A DNA stretch of 63,479 nucleotides, filler included, from Octopus bimaculoides (GCF_001194135.2; 5 parts of 5 records of this genome joined end to end with filler, not necessarily neighbours in it), one strand, 5' to 3'. Numbered from the whole stretch's first letter, positions 1-14,051 are shown. Notes: generated from the letters alone by a model not told the origin. Numbers and translations: made by a program.

Positions 1-39
1 AAGCACGTTATAAAAATAAAACTACTGAACAATAATAAA

Positions 40-124
<85 letters not shown>

Positions 125-580
125 TTCCACGGAATGAAAGGTAAACCTGTTGGGATATTTCTGTAAACTTTATCCCAAAAACCTGAAAGCGTATCCTCCT
201 GTGCTGTGTCTCTATGGAAAGAGAGAGTCTCTCGTCTGCTAATCATTGGAAAGTGAAGGAAATTGGAATACGATGAGTATTTAATGCACTTTATATATAT
301 AAAGTGCTGTTTTGAGGAGAGCTGTTAGTCGATGCCATCGACCCCAGTACATGACTGGTACTTTATTCCTTTACTTTTTTTGCTCATTTGACTGCGGCCA
401 TGCTGGAGCACCGCCTTTCATCGAACAAATCGACCGCAGCTCTTATTCTTTGTAAGCCTAGTACTTATTCTATCGGTCTGTTTTGCCGAACTGCTAAGTT
501 ACGGGGATGTAAACAGACCAACATCGGCTGTTAAGCAATGGTGGGGGAGGATATGCATAGACACACACAGACATATATGT

Positions 581-630
<50 letters not shown>

Positions 631-720
631 GGGAGAATTTACGAAAAAAACAACAGACGAAGACAGGTGGTGTAAACAACAAATGGATGTATTAGTTTAA
701 CGCATTAGAATAGAGAAAGT

Positions 721-756
721 CTTTGACGTTTCGAGCCTACGCTCTTCAACTGAAAG
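721..756 (-). ncRNA. Degenerate minimal hammerhead-like motif of a second repeat family
   Basis: cttt-CAGTTGA-A-GAGCgtagGCTC-GAAA-CG-TC-aaag: helix I 4 bp, helix II 4 bp, ACGU palindrome, GUC site. Two core substitutions (U4, A6). Confidence 0.45.
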
Positions 757-869
757 GAACACAAAGAAATAAGGAGAGAAACAAGGAGAAAAATTATATA
801 AATGTAGTGGTCAGCGATCTATCATGGCGAATATATATATACACACGACGGGCTTCTTATTACAGAGGT

Positions 870-913
<44 letters not shown>

Positions 914-1680
914 CGTCCGTCTTTTCTGTCGCTAACCCTCATCTTTTAGTTCTCAAATATGTGAATTGTTATTTAACAAGCACAAATTAGATGAAATGCT
1001 AAGCTTTTTAACACTATTTAATCCTCTCATGGTTACAATATTAATCCTAAATTTAAATTCCAGTTAAAGCTCATATGTAGTTTAATTCTGTAACATGATT
1101 CTAAAAAAAAGCCCAATTCAGTTTGAATTAATTCATGGAGTATTATATAATAAGTAAAAAGTAACGATTTTTTTTCTTTTTGTTCAGAGAAAAACGCAAG
1201 TCACATTAACTTGCCACAACCTCTATTATTGTAAAATCATCATATAGACGTTTTCTTTTGTGTTTCACAACAACAACAAACAAACGGTCCCCGATCGTAA
1301 CATTCCCATCACGCGTTCCTGTCGTGAGAGAACCGTGGGAGATTCAAATAGATACTGCTTACGTATTTCGTGTGTATCTAAACATTAAAGCCATGAATAT
1401 AGCCAGTATGCAGATGTCTCCTTCTGTTTCATTGTTAGTAAAGACTTTTAGATCCACCACATATCTTCACATCAAAGTTGGTTTAGCAATGAATACGTTG
1501 AATAAAACCTTGAAATAACGTAGACTAAATACAGTGTATTTCAAATGTTTTCATTACGAACGTGTGCTGCTGCTGCTAAGTAAATAATATTGCAAGAATG
1601 ATGTAACTTCTTATATTCACAAATCACTCGATTTAACTTTGGTAAATTTTTATAATACAGAGATTATCAAATATTCTTTT

Positions 1681-1890
1681 CTACTCTAAGCACAGGGCCT
1701 GGGATTTTTGGAGAGGGGTGGCCAGTCGATTAGATCAACCCCAGTACGCAACTGGTGCTTAATTTATCGACCCCGAAAGGATGAAAGGCAAAGTCGACCT
1801 CGGCGGAATTTGAACTCGGAACGTAAAGACAGACGAAATACCGCCAAGCATTTTGCCCGGCGTGTTAATGTTTCTGCCAGCTCGCCGCCT
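1681..1890 (-). mobile_element. SINE family C (ggcggcgagctggcaga...gagttcaaattccgccgaggtcgactttgcctttcatcc...)
   Basis: Pol III-like A and B boxes. Further copies at ~2840-3056(-), ~7043-7238(+), ~9030-9200(-), ~9300-9512(-), ~27345-27712(-), ~31400-31790(-), ~33390-33710(-), ~35830-36130(-), ~39228-39400(+), ~40650-40800(+), ~41503-41650(-), ~49012-49110(-), ~53600-53740(+) and ~54090-54260(+). Confidence 0.9.
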
Positions 1891-3564
1891 TGGTTTATCC
1901 AATATTACATCTGATGTAGTAAAAATAAGGCTTCTCGTTTGTAAAGAAATAAGAGAGACAGACAGACAGAGAAAGAGAGAGAGAAAGAGTAATATAGCAG
2001 ATTGGATGAGATAATTGTGTTGTTTAGTGCAGAGGTCAGCCTTGTGTGAATAGATCTATGATCATAGGTGTGCTGGTCGTAATTATCCCAACACAGGCTC
2101 AGTCTATGAATATCTAGGATTACATTTTTGACTTGTGCTTCCAGTTGCATGACAGTGAGGTGTAATTTGAAAACCATCATCCTGTTATTTCAAGCAAGTC
2201 GAGCGACTTTGCAAAAGTCCCCATCTTGGCTCGAATCTCATATATGCATCTTAAGTCAGAAATATATAAAATAACAAAAACAATGGCAACAGATAAAGAT
2301 TCGTTTATTGGATGCCTTCGCTGCTCGCTAACGGGAAATTAGAAGAAGGTAAAAACTGTTATGATTGCTAGAGAATAGACAGGAAATGGAAACAGTGTCA
2401 TTGTGGGCCAGGAATAATAATGTGTTGATGGCTTTTTTTACCAATCATCTGGATGACCGTCATTTGGATGTGATATTTGTCGTGTGCATAGCAGCAGCAC
2501 CGTGTTTGACGGGTGAGTATTGAAGGGTTTTGAGGCGCATGCTCTGAAGGAAGCACAGATTTAGTACGAAGTGGCTCAGTTATATATGGATGGCGAAGGT
2601 TAAGAAAGGAGTAACGATTTATGTCTTCTACAAAGAAATGGAAGTTGTTAGAAGTGATAGTAAGCAGGTCGCTGATGTTCACGAGGAAAAGTATGAGAGA
2701 CTTCAAACAACCCTGGAGAACGTCAATGCTGCGAATTGACTCCCTTTTGGCTAAAAACAAAAACACTTGTGATGTCCGAGAAACATTAAATTTCAGTGCA
2801 TTATCTAGTTTATATTTCTAGAAAAAACCGCACCTATTATTGGTTTCAAATTTTGGCACGAGATCAGGAATTTCAGGAGAGGGGTTAAGTCGATAACATC
2901 GACCTCAGTACATGACTGGTACTTATTTCATCGACTCCGAAAGGATGAAAGACACAGTCGACCCCAGTGGAATTTGAACTCAGGACGTAGATATGGACGA
3001 AATGCCGCTAAGCATTTCACCCAGCGTGCAAACGATTCTGCTAGCCCGGCGCCTTATCCGCACGTATTATTGCGATATTGTTTTACAGACGAATGTCGTT
3101 TTTGCTGCTTGCTAACCCTCACCTTTTATTTTTCAAGTAAGGGATTTGTCATTTAGTACCTGCAAATAAGGTAAGACACTAACCCTTTTTTAACAGGCGC
3201 TGTTCTTTCCTCTCTGAATAAACTATGAAAAGATGGAGTAAATTGTTATTGACCATAGGCGCAGAAGTGGCTGTGTGGTAAGTAGCTTGCTTACCAACCA
3301 CACGGTTCAGGGTTCAGTCCCATTGCGTGGCACCTTGGGCAAGTGTCTTCTACTATAGCCTCGTAGTTCAAATGCTGTGGATGTCAACTTCACCTTTTAC
3401 AGTTGATAAAATAAAGTAGCAATCAAGTATTGGGATCGATGACATCGACAAAAGCCTCCCCTTAAAACCTGCTGGCCTTTGTCTCAATCAGAAGTTAAAA
3501 GTGAGTTCAAATTTCACTGAAGTTAACGTTGCTTTCCATTGATGAAATAAAGTACCAGTCATAT

Positions 3565-3957
3565 GGGCGCAGCGTGGCGGTGTGGCAAAAAAGCTTGCTT
3601 CCCAACCACATGGTTCCGGGTTCAGTTCCACTGTGTGGCACCTTGGACAACTGTCTTCTACTATAGCCTCAGGCCGACCACAGCCTTGTGAGTGGATTTG
3701 GTAGACGAAAACTGAAAGTAGCCCGTCGTATATGCATGAGTGTATGTGTGTCTGTGTTTGTCCCCCCCCATCTGCGCTTGACAACCGATGCTGGTGTGTT
3801 TACGTCCCCGTAACTTAGCGGTTCAGCAAGAGAGACTGATAGAATAAGTACTAGGCTTACAAAGGAATAAGTCCTGGGGACGATTTGTTCGACTAAAAGT
3901 GGTGCTCCAGCATGGCCGCAGTCAAATGACTGAAATAAATAAAAGAGCAAAAGAATA
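3565..3957 (+). mobile_element. tRNA-headed SINE family A, full length
   Basis: ggcgcag.gtggc.gtgtgg (A-box region), ggttccgggttcagt.ccactg (B-box region), internal microsatellite, tail gctccagcatggccgcagtcaaatgactgaaa...aaaagaata. Partial copies at ~366-552(-), 3257-3363, ~8445-8605(-), ~10455-10660(-), ~11075-11230(-), ~20470-20640(-), ~43370-43625, ~50165-50367(-), ~52470-52950, ~57190-57395 and ~61415-61480(-). Confidence 0.9.
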
Positions 3958-4851
3958 TATATGTAACTTAATTAATGTTATTGAAAAATTAAGTCATTAC
4001 AATAAAAAAAAAAATTAAACAAACCCACCGCAAATTAAGTTCGGTGACGGAGAAAGTATTTCTAAATTTACGTTGCGGGAAGAAGTCATTTTTGTGTTTT
4101 CATTTGAACGACTAAGATACAACGGAACAAATAAGACGAAAATGAAATGAAAGAAAATATGAAAGGAAGAGAAAAAGGGAACAATAATATTTTATACGAG
4201 ATTTTTGTTATTGTTATTAAAATGACCGAAGAGATAAGAGTGTATAATTTAATAGTCGTGGAAGAAATGGAAGAAATAGCTTTACTTTCAATGCTTGTCA
4301 AACATTGGTAGCAGGTGTGTTACATAGTTTTTGTCTAGGTGGACATAGGCGGCGGAGGAGCGGTGGTATTTACTTATATGACTGTACTAATCAGTTCGTA
4401 TAGGCACACGCACCAACACACGCGCATACACACACACACACAAATCACACACATTCGCACATACAAACACAGCCAGAGACAAATAATATTTGAAATTTTT
4501 CTAGGTGTACACATACGTATAGTACATGGTCACACGGTCACAGATAAGCGCACATAAGCACATATTTACACATTAACATACACTTCTATGTATGAGTGTG
4601 TGCGTGCGTGCGTATGTGTGTGTGGGCGTGCGTAGGTTTAGTTTCCATTTTTCTACAAAGGGGAAGGAGCCGGTTTCAAGCTTAGAATTAAGGATTCCCC
4701 AGAAGTTTTGCCACACGAACGAAGTAGTGATACATGCATGGAAGTATACAAGTATGCACATACATATATTTATACTTACATGCATACATACATACATACA
4801 TACATACATACATACGTACATATATATATATATATACACACATATATATAT

Positions 4852-4906
<55 letters not shown>

Positions 4907-5666
4907 TGATAAGATTAGGGATAAAGATCCAAATTTACTGGTAAGAATTCAATTTAATTTAATTTATCAAAATTAAGTTAAATTAAATTTCACAATATAT
5001 AATATATAAATATATAATTTAGAGAAAAAACCCACAATGCATTATATACAAATTTATGCATATGTATGAGCACACACATCCATGGATTCAGGCATACATT
5101 TCATTGCCTAGAAAGGTCTATATGCTTTGTCTTTTATACATATACATGTCACTCCGTGAGATCATACCACACGCCATTCTTCAGTGTGAGGGGACTTTGA
5201 GACAGCGCAATGCGTCTCCTCAGTCAAAGCTACTTCACCGGTTATTATTTACTGGTGAATGCAAATAAATGGATATGTCGTTGGATGGATACACCTTTTT
5301 GCGTAAATCTCATGTTATTAATTGTTCGGCAGACCTCAGTAAATAGTACGTTTGCTGATTTCTATAGACAGTAAACAGTACTGTTGTTAGATTCATCGGT
5401 TCGGCGGCCAAACGTAGAGTGAGAAGATACACAAGACGCTCGAAACAACGTGGCATCTCGAAGTCCTCTCACGTAGATGAATCACATGTGTTATAAACAC
5501 ATATCGTCTAAAGGGAGATATTCTCCGATGACGAAATGCAACAGCGTTCCAGCCTGCCAAAGCGTATAGAGAATGAACAATACCTTATTTCATGTTTTCT
5601 CGCTGTTCCACGTGCACCTCATGAAAAAGTGCTTCACATTTTTAGTGTTTCATCATTTCATTATTA

Positions 5667-5719
<53 letters not shown>

Positions 5720-5721
<2 letters not shown>

Positions 5722-6205
5722 GATATGTTTGGTTTTTGCTTTGTATTTGTACAAGTTGACTCCAAGTCTCACCCAGAGACCTCAAGAGACAACAAGTTAG
5801 AAGTTCAAGTTGGTGTTATGACTAGGGTGTCATATATTAGGATTTGCACAAAGTATTGTTCTAGAGAATGTCTGTGAAAACATAAGAAAATTAGAAGTTT
5901 GTTTTAAAAGTAATTTGATTATAAGATGCTGGTGTTGTGTTAAGACGACAATAAAAGGTGTTTGCTATTATGTACACTTAAAAGTATTTTCATATTGTTT
6001 ACCGATTAAAATGTTTTGGGGATTACATCGACAATATTTTTCTTATGATATGAGTAATTCCCATCAGCACTATTTTTTGAATTTCTTCCATTTTGGGATT
6101 TCCTGATATCTGGGATAGGTAGCAATCGGCCCCTTTTACTATAATTCCTAGGGCACCTATGGCAACAGGTATTATTTTAGTCTTGAGGTTCACTAATACC
6201 GACAA
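5720..6205 (-). mobile_element. R4/Dong-like retrotransposon 3' end (second copy)
   Basis: LKTKIIPVAIGALGIIVKGADCYLSQISGNPKMEEIQKIVLMGITHIIRKILSM* (PVxIGALG is typical of the restriction-like endonuclease tail). The 3' UTR matches the 33.1-33.3 kb copy and ends in a (TAA)n array. Confidence 0.75.
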
Positions 6206-7682
6206 TATTTACTGAGAATGGTAAAACAATCACTCTGAAATATTCCGTTTTGTCTTAAATATTATCACCAATTATTAAGTTGTACTGCAACATTGTACAT
6301 TTTATCAGTGAACAATGGTTATTTTAATATGTATGATGCCACTTGCAGCTGTGCACATTATGTAATCATCTCAAAGCTTATCAGTCTTTTTAATTCTTTT
6401 TATATTATTCTATTTTATATTGTAATGTAAATATCTTTAACGATCCGCCCTGTTCGGTTGAGTTTCTTTTCTAAAGAATAATTACGTACATGATACTAGA
6501 CAGTAATCAAAGTCTCGTCACTGTTTCCGTTTAGTCTTCATGATTTTTTGTACTGGAATTATATTAGAAATATTAAAGCCTGTGAATTTGTCGATATGAT
6601 AGACTACTGGACAAAATATTTTACAGTTTTAATGGTTCAATGGAAGCTAATACTTCAGTGAACAAAATATATTGTTCATTAAAATTCACTAGTTTTCAAG
6701 AAATATTGGGTTTAATGATTAATTTTTGTCAAGCAATGCAAGGGAGAGAACTCCGACATCCAACTTGATTAAATACCCAGGAAGGGAATGCAGCATCATG
6801 AAAACTGCGGCCATATTTCGGTCATGTGAGATCTTCTCAATAAAGGATAGATTCTTTCTGATTGATAACAAATATTTTGAATGAAGCATTTACGAATTTG
6901 GCAACGTAAAATAATCATGAGAGAAATTTTTAATGAACTAGAATAACATCTGTAATGAAGAGGAAATAATTTCTCCATGTTCGATCTGGTATTTTATTCT
7001 GATGGTATCACTATATAAAATATTGCCAATATATTAGATGAAGGCAGCCAGCTGGTAGAATGGTTAGCACGCCGGGCGAAATGCTTAGCGATATTTCGCC
7101 CGTCTTGACGGAGTTCAAATTCCGCCGTTGTCGACTTTGCTTTTCATTCGTTCAGAGTCAATAAAATAAGTACCAGTCGATGTAATCGACATATTTCATC
7201 CCACGAAACTGCTGGCCTTGTGCAAAAATTTGAAACCAACATATCAGGTTAAATCATATCGTTTACGCCTATTTTCGTATTAGCTTATGCATAGACAAAA
7301 CAGGTCAGCAGTATCATTGAAGGATGGTGTGATGACGGACTGAAACATTGCGTCTATAAATAAAATAAGAAGCATTTCATTTTGGTTAAGATATTTTAAG
7401 TAATGTCGCTTTAGGATAAACACTATTGTAGTTCAAATGTCTAACTATGACTTTTCCTTTTTGAAATACGGATAAACTAATATTTAAGTATATTTGCACA
7501 CTGCTGGTAGTAGGAATGCTTATCTTTTCATCTCACATCTTTTCATTCAACGATGTTATAAGTGCATATTGAAAGCTTTTCCACGCCTACTGTAATAGGA
7601 AAATATTGTTATATGTTCAAGTGGTACCTTATACTTAAACAAAAGTTTCTGGCGAACACACACGCACTCTTACACATGCATG

Positions 7683-7819
<137 letters not shown>

Positions 7820-10699
7820 ACTAGATGGAATCTATATTTTAAACAGCTACTGTTTTAAAAGTATTTTCGGAATATTTTTATGTGCACAAGGAAACAATTA
7901 CGCGTCATATTTTGCTTTTATGTTCTGTCCTTAGGAACGTTCACGATGGATTTCTATGCATTTAAAAATGATTCAGGATTAATTCAAGCAGTACATGAAG
8001 ACATCAATACACTAATCTTAGAGTTAGTATTTATTTTCACTTAAAAATGGATGTTGTGCTAGAACACAAAATACTGCGATAGTTTCGCTTTGAATTAAAG
8101 CTCATTAGTACTGATTACTCCATCGCTTATGGTTAAGCTAAATCCTGCCTATCAGTATACAGTATTTACCATATGAATCAATGAATGACTCAGCAAAATG
8201 GTAATGTGAAAATAATTAAATAACGAAGGTGGCTATACGCAATATAAGCCTTAATTCCAAGCAAAACTATCTTGCTAGTATGGTGACCTCGCTCGCTGTG
8301 GGGCGGTCATCTGCCCAGCTAGAACATAAACAATGTGCTTGGTGGGGGTGCATAAGCGTCTTTGAATCTTGTTTCTAACGATGTAGATGCCACCCTGCTG
8401 CCTCAGTCACTATTAGTGATAATAGAACTTTTCTTTTTAGTTTTGTATTGCATCTAGCCACCTACGTTATTTCGATGGTGCTTCATACAGTTTCCGTCAA
8501 CCAAATTCATTCACAAAACGTTGGTCGGTCTGGAACTACGGTAGAAGGCACTCACTTACCCATGATACCGCGCAGTGGGACTCAAAGCCACATGGTTGCA
8601 AAGAGAGGGTCTAACCACACACTCATGCCTGTCAATGACACCTGTAAAAGAATGAGGCAACATATCTTGTGTAATCATTTTCTTTCTGTCCAAACTTTTC
8701 CCCTTCTTCTGTATCAGGTAATATATGCTGTCTATCAGGTTAGCCTGCCATTGACGAACATATAAAATACGTGACGTACAAACAATTGGCATCTGAAATG
8801 ATATTAATATCTGTAGGTGTATATGTCTTCTTTTTTTTCTTTTACTTCCATCAACTGTCATTTTAAATATTTATAGTTTATTAAACATGCAGACAGATAC
8901 CTTATTTAGACGACACATACACATACTCACATCCATACGTACACCTACACACACATACGTAAATATATTTACATATTTCTTATACACAGACACAACAAAT
9001 ACAGCGTCGTGAAAAATGCTAAATATCGGTTTTAAATTTTGACACAAGGCCGGCAATTTCAAGGGTGGGGGTGGTAAGTAAAGTATCTCAGCGCTCAATT
9101 GACGCATTTTTTTTACCGACCCCGGCAGAATATGAACTCACAATGTAAAGACGGACGAAATGCTGCTAAGTATTTTGTCCGGCGTCCTCATGATTCTGCC
9201 AGTTGGCCGCTTTTGAAAAAGTGTTAAATATTGGTATTCCATCGGGAGAGTTAGAAACTGACTTCTGGAGCAAGGTTTGCCGTTGGGCAATAATAATCCT
9301 TTCTACTAAAGGCACAAAACCTGAAGTTTGGAGGGGAGGGGGACTAGTCAATTACATCGGCCCAAGTGTTTCACTGGTACGTTATTTATCGACTCCCGAA
9401 AGGATGAAGCGCAAAGACGATTTCGGTGAAATTTAACTCAGAACGTAGCGGCAGACGAAATACCGCTCAGCATTTCGCTCGGCGTGCCAACGATTCTGCC
9501 GGCTCGCCGCTTTCCGTTGGGCAGTAATAATACTATATACCTTGACAAAGTTTGGAGAGAGGTGCCTGGTGACGGGTTACTAGTATGTCAGAGTAGCAGT
9601 TTAGTTTAAGTGTACTAATCTTGATGGTCAAGGGCTGTAATATGGTCTTCAGTCCTATTCTGAGACTTACATTATATTTACCTGGACTGATCGATCCTCT
9701 TCTGAGAGTTACATCATGTCTACATGGACTTATCTCCNNNNNNNNNNNNNNNNNNNNNNNNNNNNNNNNNNNNNNNNNNNNNNNNNNNNNNNNNNNNNNN
9801 NNNNNNNNNNNNNNNNNNNNNNNNNNNNNNNNNNNNNNNNNNNNNNNNNNNNNNNNNNNNNNNNNNNNNNNNNNNNNNNNNNNNNNNNNNNNNNNNNNNN
9901 NNNNNNNNNNNNNNNNNNNNNNNNNNNNNNNNNNNNNNNNNNNNNNNNNNNNNNNNNNNNNNNNNNNNNNNNNNNNNNNNNNNNNNNNNNNNNNNNNNNN
10001 NNNNNNNNNNNNNNNNNNNNNNNNNNNNNNNNNNNNNNNNNNNTAGATAAATAGATAGATAGAGACACACACACAAACAGACAGACGGGCAGACAGAACA
10101 GGCAGAGAAAGAAGGAAACAGATAAAATGTGATGAGTCACGGTTATATTACATAAAAGAGATTTAATTAGAATTTGTAAACAGAGTTAATTACTTAATTA
10201 CTTCCCGCGGTAATTTACCTGAGAGAATTGATCTAAATACAAGCAAAATATTTACGATTTCTTTGGAATGCTTCAGCACGGTACATGAGAAAGTATCAGA
10301 ATCCGTTCTATTAGCGATAAACAAGACCAGTCGTGTGCCATAGTTACTGCTCTAATCGCTGGTACAGTTTGAATAGTTTTAAAAACTCGGTGGAAGGATT
10401 TGGGAACGATGACCTGAATAGCGATTAAATGTATCTTTTATTGTTTATTTGTTTCATTTATTGGACTGCTGCCACGCTGGAGCACCGCTCTGAAGGAATT
10501 TAGCAGAACAATTAGACTGCTGTACATATTGTTATTTTAAGTTTTATATTTACTACATCGCTATATTTTGCCGAACCTCTAAGTTACGGGTACACAAACT
10601 AACCAACACCAATTGTCGAGCGAAGTGGAGGTTAAACACAAACACAAAGGCACAAAGACCCCCCCCCNNNNNNNNNNNNNNNNNNNNNNNNCACACACA

Positions 10700-11070
10700 C
10701 ACAGAGGCTCAGGAGTGGCTCTGGGATTAGAAACTTGCTTACCAACCACATGGTTCCGGGTTCAGTCCTACTGCGTGACACCTACTATAGCCTTGGGCCG
10801 ACCAAAGCCTTGTGGTTGCACTCGGTAGACGGAAACTGAAAGAAACCCGTCGTATGTATATATATATGTACGTATTTGTATGTCTGTTTCTCCCTTCCAT
10901 CGCTTGACACCGATGTTGGTGTTCACGTCCTCCTAACTTAGCGGTTCACCAAAAGAGACCGATAGAATAAGTATTAGGCTTACAAAGAATAAGTCCTTGG
11001 GTCGATTTGTTCGACTAAAGGCGGTGCTCCAGCATGGCCGCAGTCAAATGATTGAAACAAGTAAAAGAAT
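10700..11070 (+). mobile_element. SINE family A, flanked by two antisense partial copies
   Basis: Colinear with 3565-3957. Antisense fragments lie directly upstream (~10455-10660) and downstream (~11075-11230). Confidence 0.85.
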
Positions 11071-11699
11071 GTATATACGACAGGCTTCCATACCGTTCCC
11101 GTGTACCAAATTCACTTACAAGGCCTAAGCTACAATAGAAGACATTTGCCCCAGGTGCCACACTGTGGGATGGAACCTAAAAGTACGTGGTTGCAAAGCA
11201 AGCTTCTTAACCACACAGCCATGCCTGCGCCTATTACCATCAAAAACAACAATTTTTTGTGGTGTTTCTGTCCACCATTTTTCAACTTAAACACAAATTG
11301 CCACTCTGATAGTCCAACGTTGTTCGTTCTTCCTCGAGTGTTCAAAAGATTGTTCAAACATTAGAATTGTGAATTGCTTTGAGGAGACACTGTAATATGC
11401 TCAGAATTTCCCTTCGTGTTTTATGAGGTCAGCGACATACGTTGTATATCAGGTTGTCCTGCCATCGATGAATACATAGAAGTTCAAAATTTGACACATT
11501 GTTACAATGTGAACGGTTTTTCACATAGTTGTGTGCTTTTAAATATTCATAATGTCTTAAATATGCAAACGTGTTTCATATTTAATCAGCGCACACATAT
11601 ACACATATGTACAAAAGTATTCGCACTCACGCAGTTCAATATAGAGTCACACATATCTTTTATCTCTGACACTAGGGAAGAGGGTTTTTGTTGTCCGAT

Positions 11700-12560
11700 G
11701 TTGGAGACATGTTTCCTACTAATTCGGGGGTGTTGATTTCAAAAATGAAATCTATTTTGCTCTATTATGTCAAGATTTTCCACGAACTTAGATGTCCATT
11801 TTTCAACATTTCTGGTATTGTCACAATTTCTAAGGATAGATTTGACTTCATCAAATGTGAGTATGGAGCTTGACATAACTTTGAAAATATAGTTTTTCAT
11901 TGTTATTTAAAATTAATACAACTACAAAAATGAAAACAAAAGTCATGATTTAAGTATCTTTAGTAAATAAAAAGTATCAAACTTGAGCAACTTTCACTAT
12001 TTTCAACCAAACCGGTTTCAAATGTCATGAGGATGACAGAAATGTCCTTTATACAATTAGATGTCAAGAAACAACATATTTTTGTGACTCTTGACCCCAT
12101 ACGTCTCATATTTGCGGAATTAATCGGCAGATATGCCCACGCTTTGCTTAATTTAGTGTGACTATCATTGCAAACCAGATGAGACGTTTTGTTAGGAAAA
12201 TTGGTATTTTGAATGTAGCTTTAATGTGTTGATTGGGAGGTCACATTGGTCAAGGTCACATTGGTCAAGGTCACATTTTGTCAACCATGGTCAAAGAACC
12301 GTAAAAAGATCTTCATGATATGTATGCTCTTTATGGAGCTTTGCCATCACAAATCTGCATTTGCTTACTTTATAACTCTTGACTGTTCTGAAAATGCTTT
12401 CCCAGCTGACAACTGGCTTGAACATGTTTTGCATTTCAGAAATATTGCCAGTTGTCAGAGAAGAGAATGCAAAAACAGTCTCGATGTCTTCTGCTTATTT
12501 CTGGATTAGGCAGCGAAATAAAATCACAGATTTCGTGAAGAAAGCTTACTTTACTTCTTT
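11700..12560 (+). mobile_element. 5' relic of a related Chapaev3-like element
   Basis: The subterminal-like tgatttcaaaaatgaaatctattttgctctattatgtc resembles 45735-45780. The coding start RRECKNSLDVFC matches RRMCYNDTDIFC of the 45.9-kb copy. Confidence 0.45.
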
Positions 12561-12640
12561 ACTTTAGCATGAAACTGAGTGACAAGGCAAAGCCTGGGTG
12601 ACAAGGCAAAGCCTGGGTGCTCCATAGAGTGTGCAAAACA

Positions 12641-13036
12641 TCTTTGCTTTCAAGACGAAAGGTGTTCTTCCATCAGGATAAAAACGGTCACATACAGCGA
12701 GGATGACATTCCATAGGCTAGAGCATTTTGAATGGGAAACGATCGCCCACCCACCATATTCGCCTCGTCTAATTATCATTTATTCCGCTGTCTTCAAAAT
12801 CATTTCGACTGAAAAATATGAATTTTGTAGACGACGTCAGAATAGTACTAGAGGAGTATTTTTCGTCACGGACAAGTGAATTTTGGAAGAGGGTCCTTGC
12901 AAGTCTACCAGACAGATGGAAGAGCCTTGTAGAAAATGAAGGAGAGTATATTTTAGATTAAAAAAATAAGTTTGTTTATCTTAATTTTAAAAAATAAAAG
13001 AAGTATAAAAACCGCATTATTTATGGGATGACCCAA
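12641..13036 (+). mobile_element. Decayed mariner transposon, 3' part with right TIR
   Basis: Frameshifted translation gives VFFHQD...HTARMT..RLEHFEWETIAHPPYSP...YHLFRCLQNHF...FWKRVLASLPDRWKSLVENEGEYILD*. It ends ttatgggatgacccaa followed by TA. Confidence 0.85.
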
Positions 13037-14018
13037 TATCTATATAGATATTAGGTTTCACTGTTTCAATCAGATTTGATGTTTTCTAGAAACTAATTGA
13101 TTGATGCTGAGATCGAACCGTTGAAGATGGAATTAGAAGTGATTATGAACGACATCATGGCCGTCAGTAGTGAAAAAAATGGAGGCTGAGTAGAAACCTG
13201 AGAAAACATAAATGAAATGATAAACATCGCAGAGATAAACCGGGGTCGGTGAGTATGAAGAAAAAGGGAGCAAAAATATGATGAAGATAGAAATGAAAAA
13301 TTATAACAATGATGGTATCAGACAGAACAGCTGAAGATATTTTAGAAATACTAGTTTGAGAGGAAATACCCAATGGCCTCTAGCTGGCTTTGCGGTCAGG
13401 AAGAGCAGAGTTACGTTACGCCCCGTCACTTATGAATAAATGGTGATCGTCTGCTCTTACAATTATTAATAACCTGATACAAAACGATAAATCTTTCTGA
13501 CAAGATATGTAGAAATATTTGAGACCCTTGCTTAATCATGTTGTTATGTAGAAATAGTTAGAGCGTTGTAGTAAACAATCTCGTAAAAAGAATTTCCAGG
13601 AAAATAAGCAAGTCAGAAAGGTTACTTATAAAATTATAATTTCTATCATTTTTCTTATATGACGGCGTTATGTATATAATGTTCCGTCACATTCTTAGAG
13701 AGTTAGATAATTAATTTCATATAATATGAATCACAGTATTTCTTTTTTTCGTTTCAAGTTCAGCTTCTGTATTGCAATTTTTGATCTCGTGGAATAAGCT
13801 GCGGACAAAGTTCTACTATTTATATATTGATATGTACATACATATATACTCACATCCATATACACTCATATACATACATACACACACGCATGCACACACA
13901 AACGCACACACACACACACATGTGCATATATGTGTATGTATGAATATGTATACATTTTACGTGTGCATATGAGCTTGAGTGGAGAATAAATATATATATA
14001 CATATATGCAGTTCAACA

Positions 14019-14051
<33 letters not shown>

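Noticed and set aside
1440-1500. LHIKVGL peptide resembling the LHIKLGL transposase motif
   Set aside because: The flanking residues do not match the family (no MKQF.KAL), so it is probably chance.
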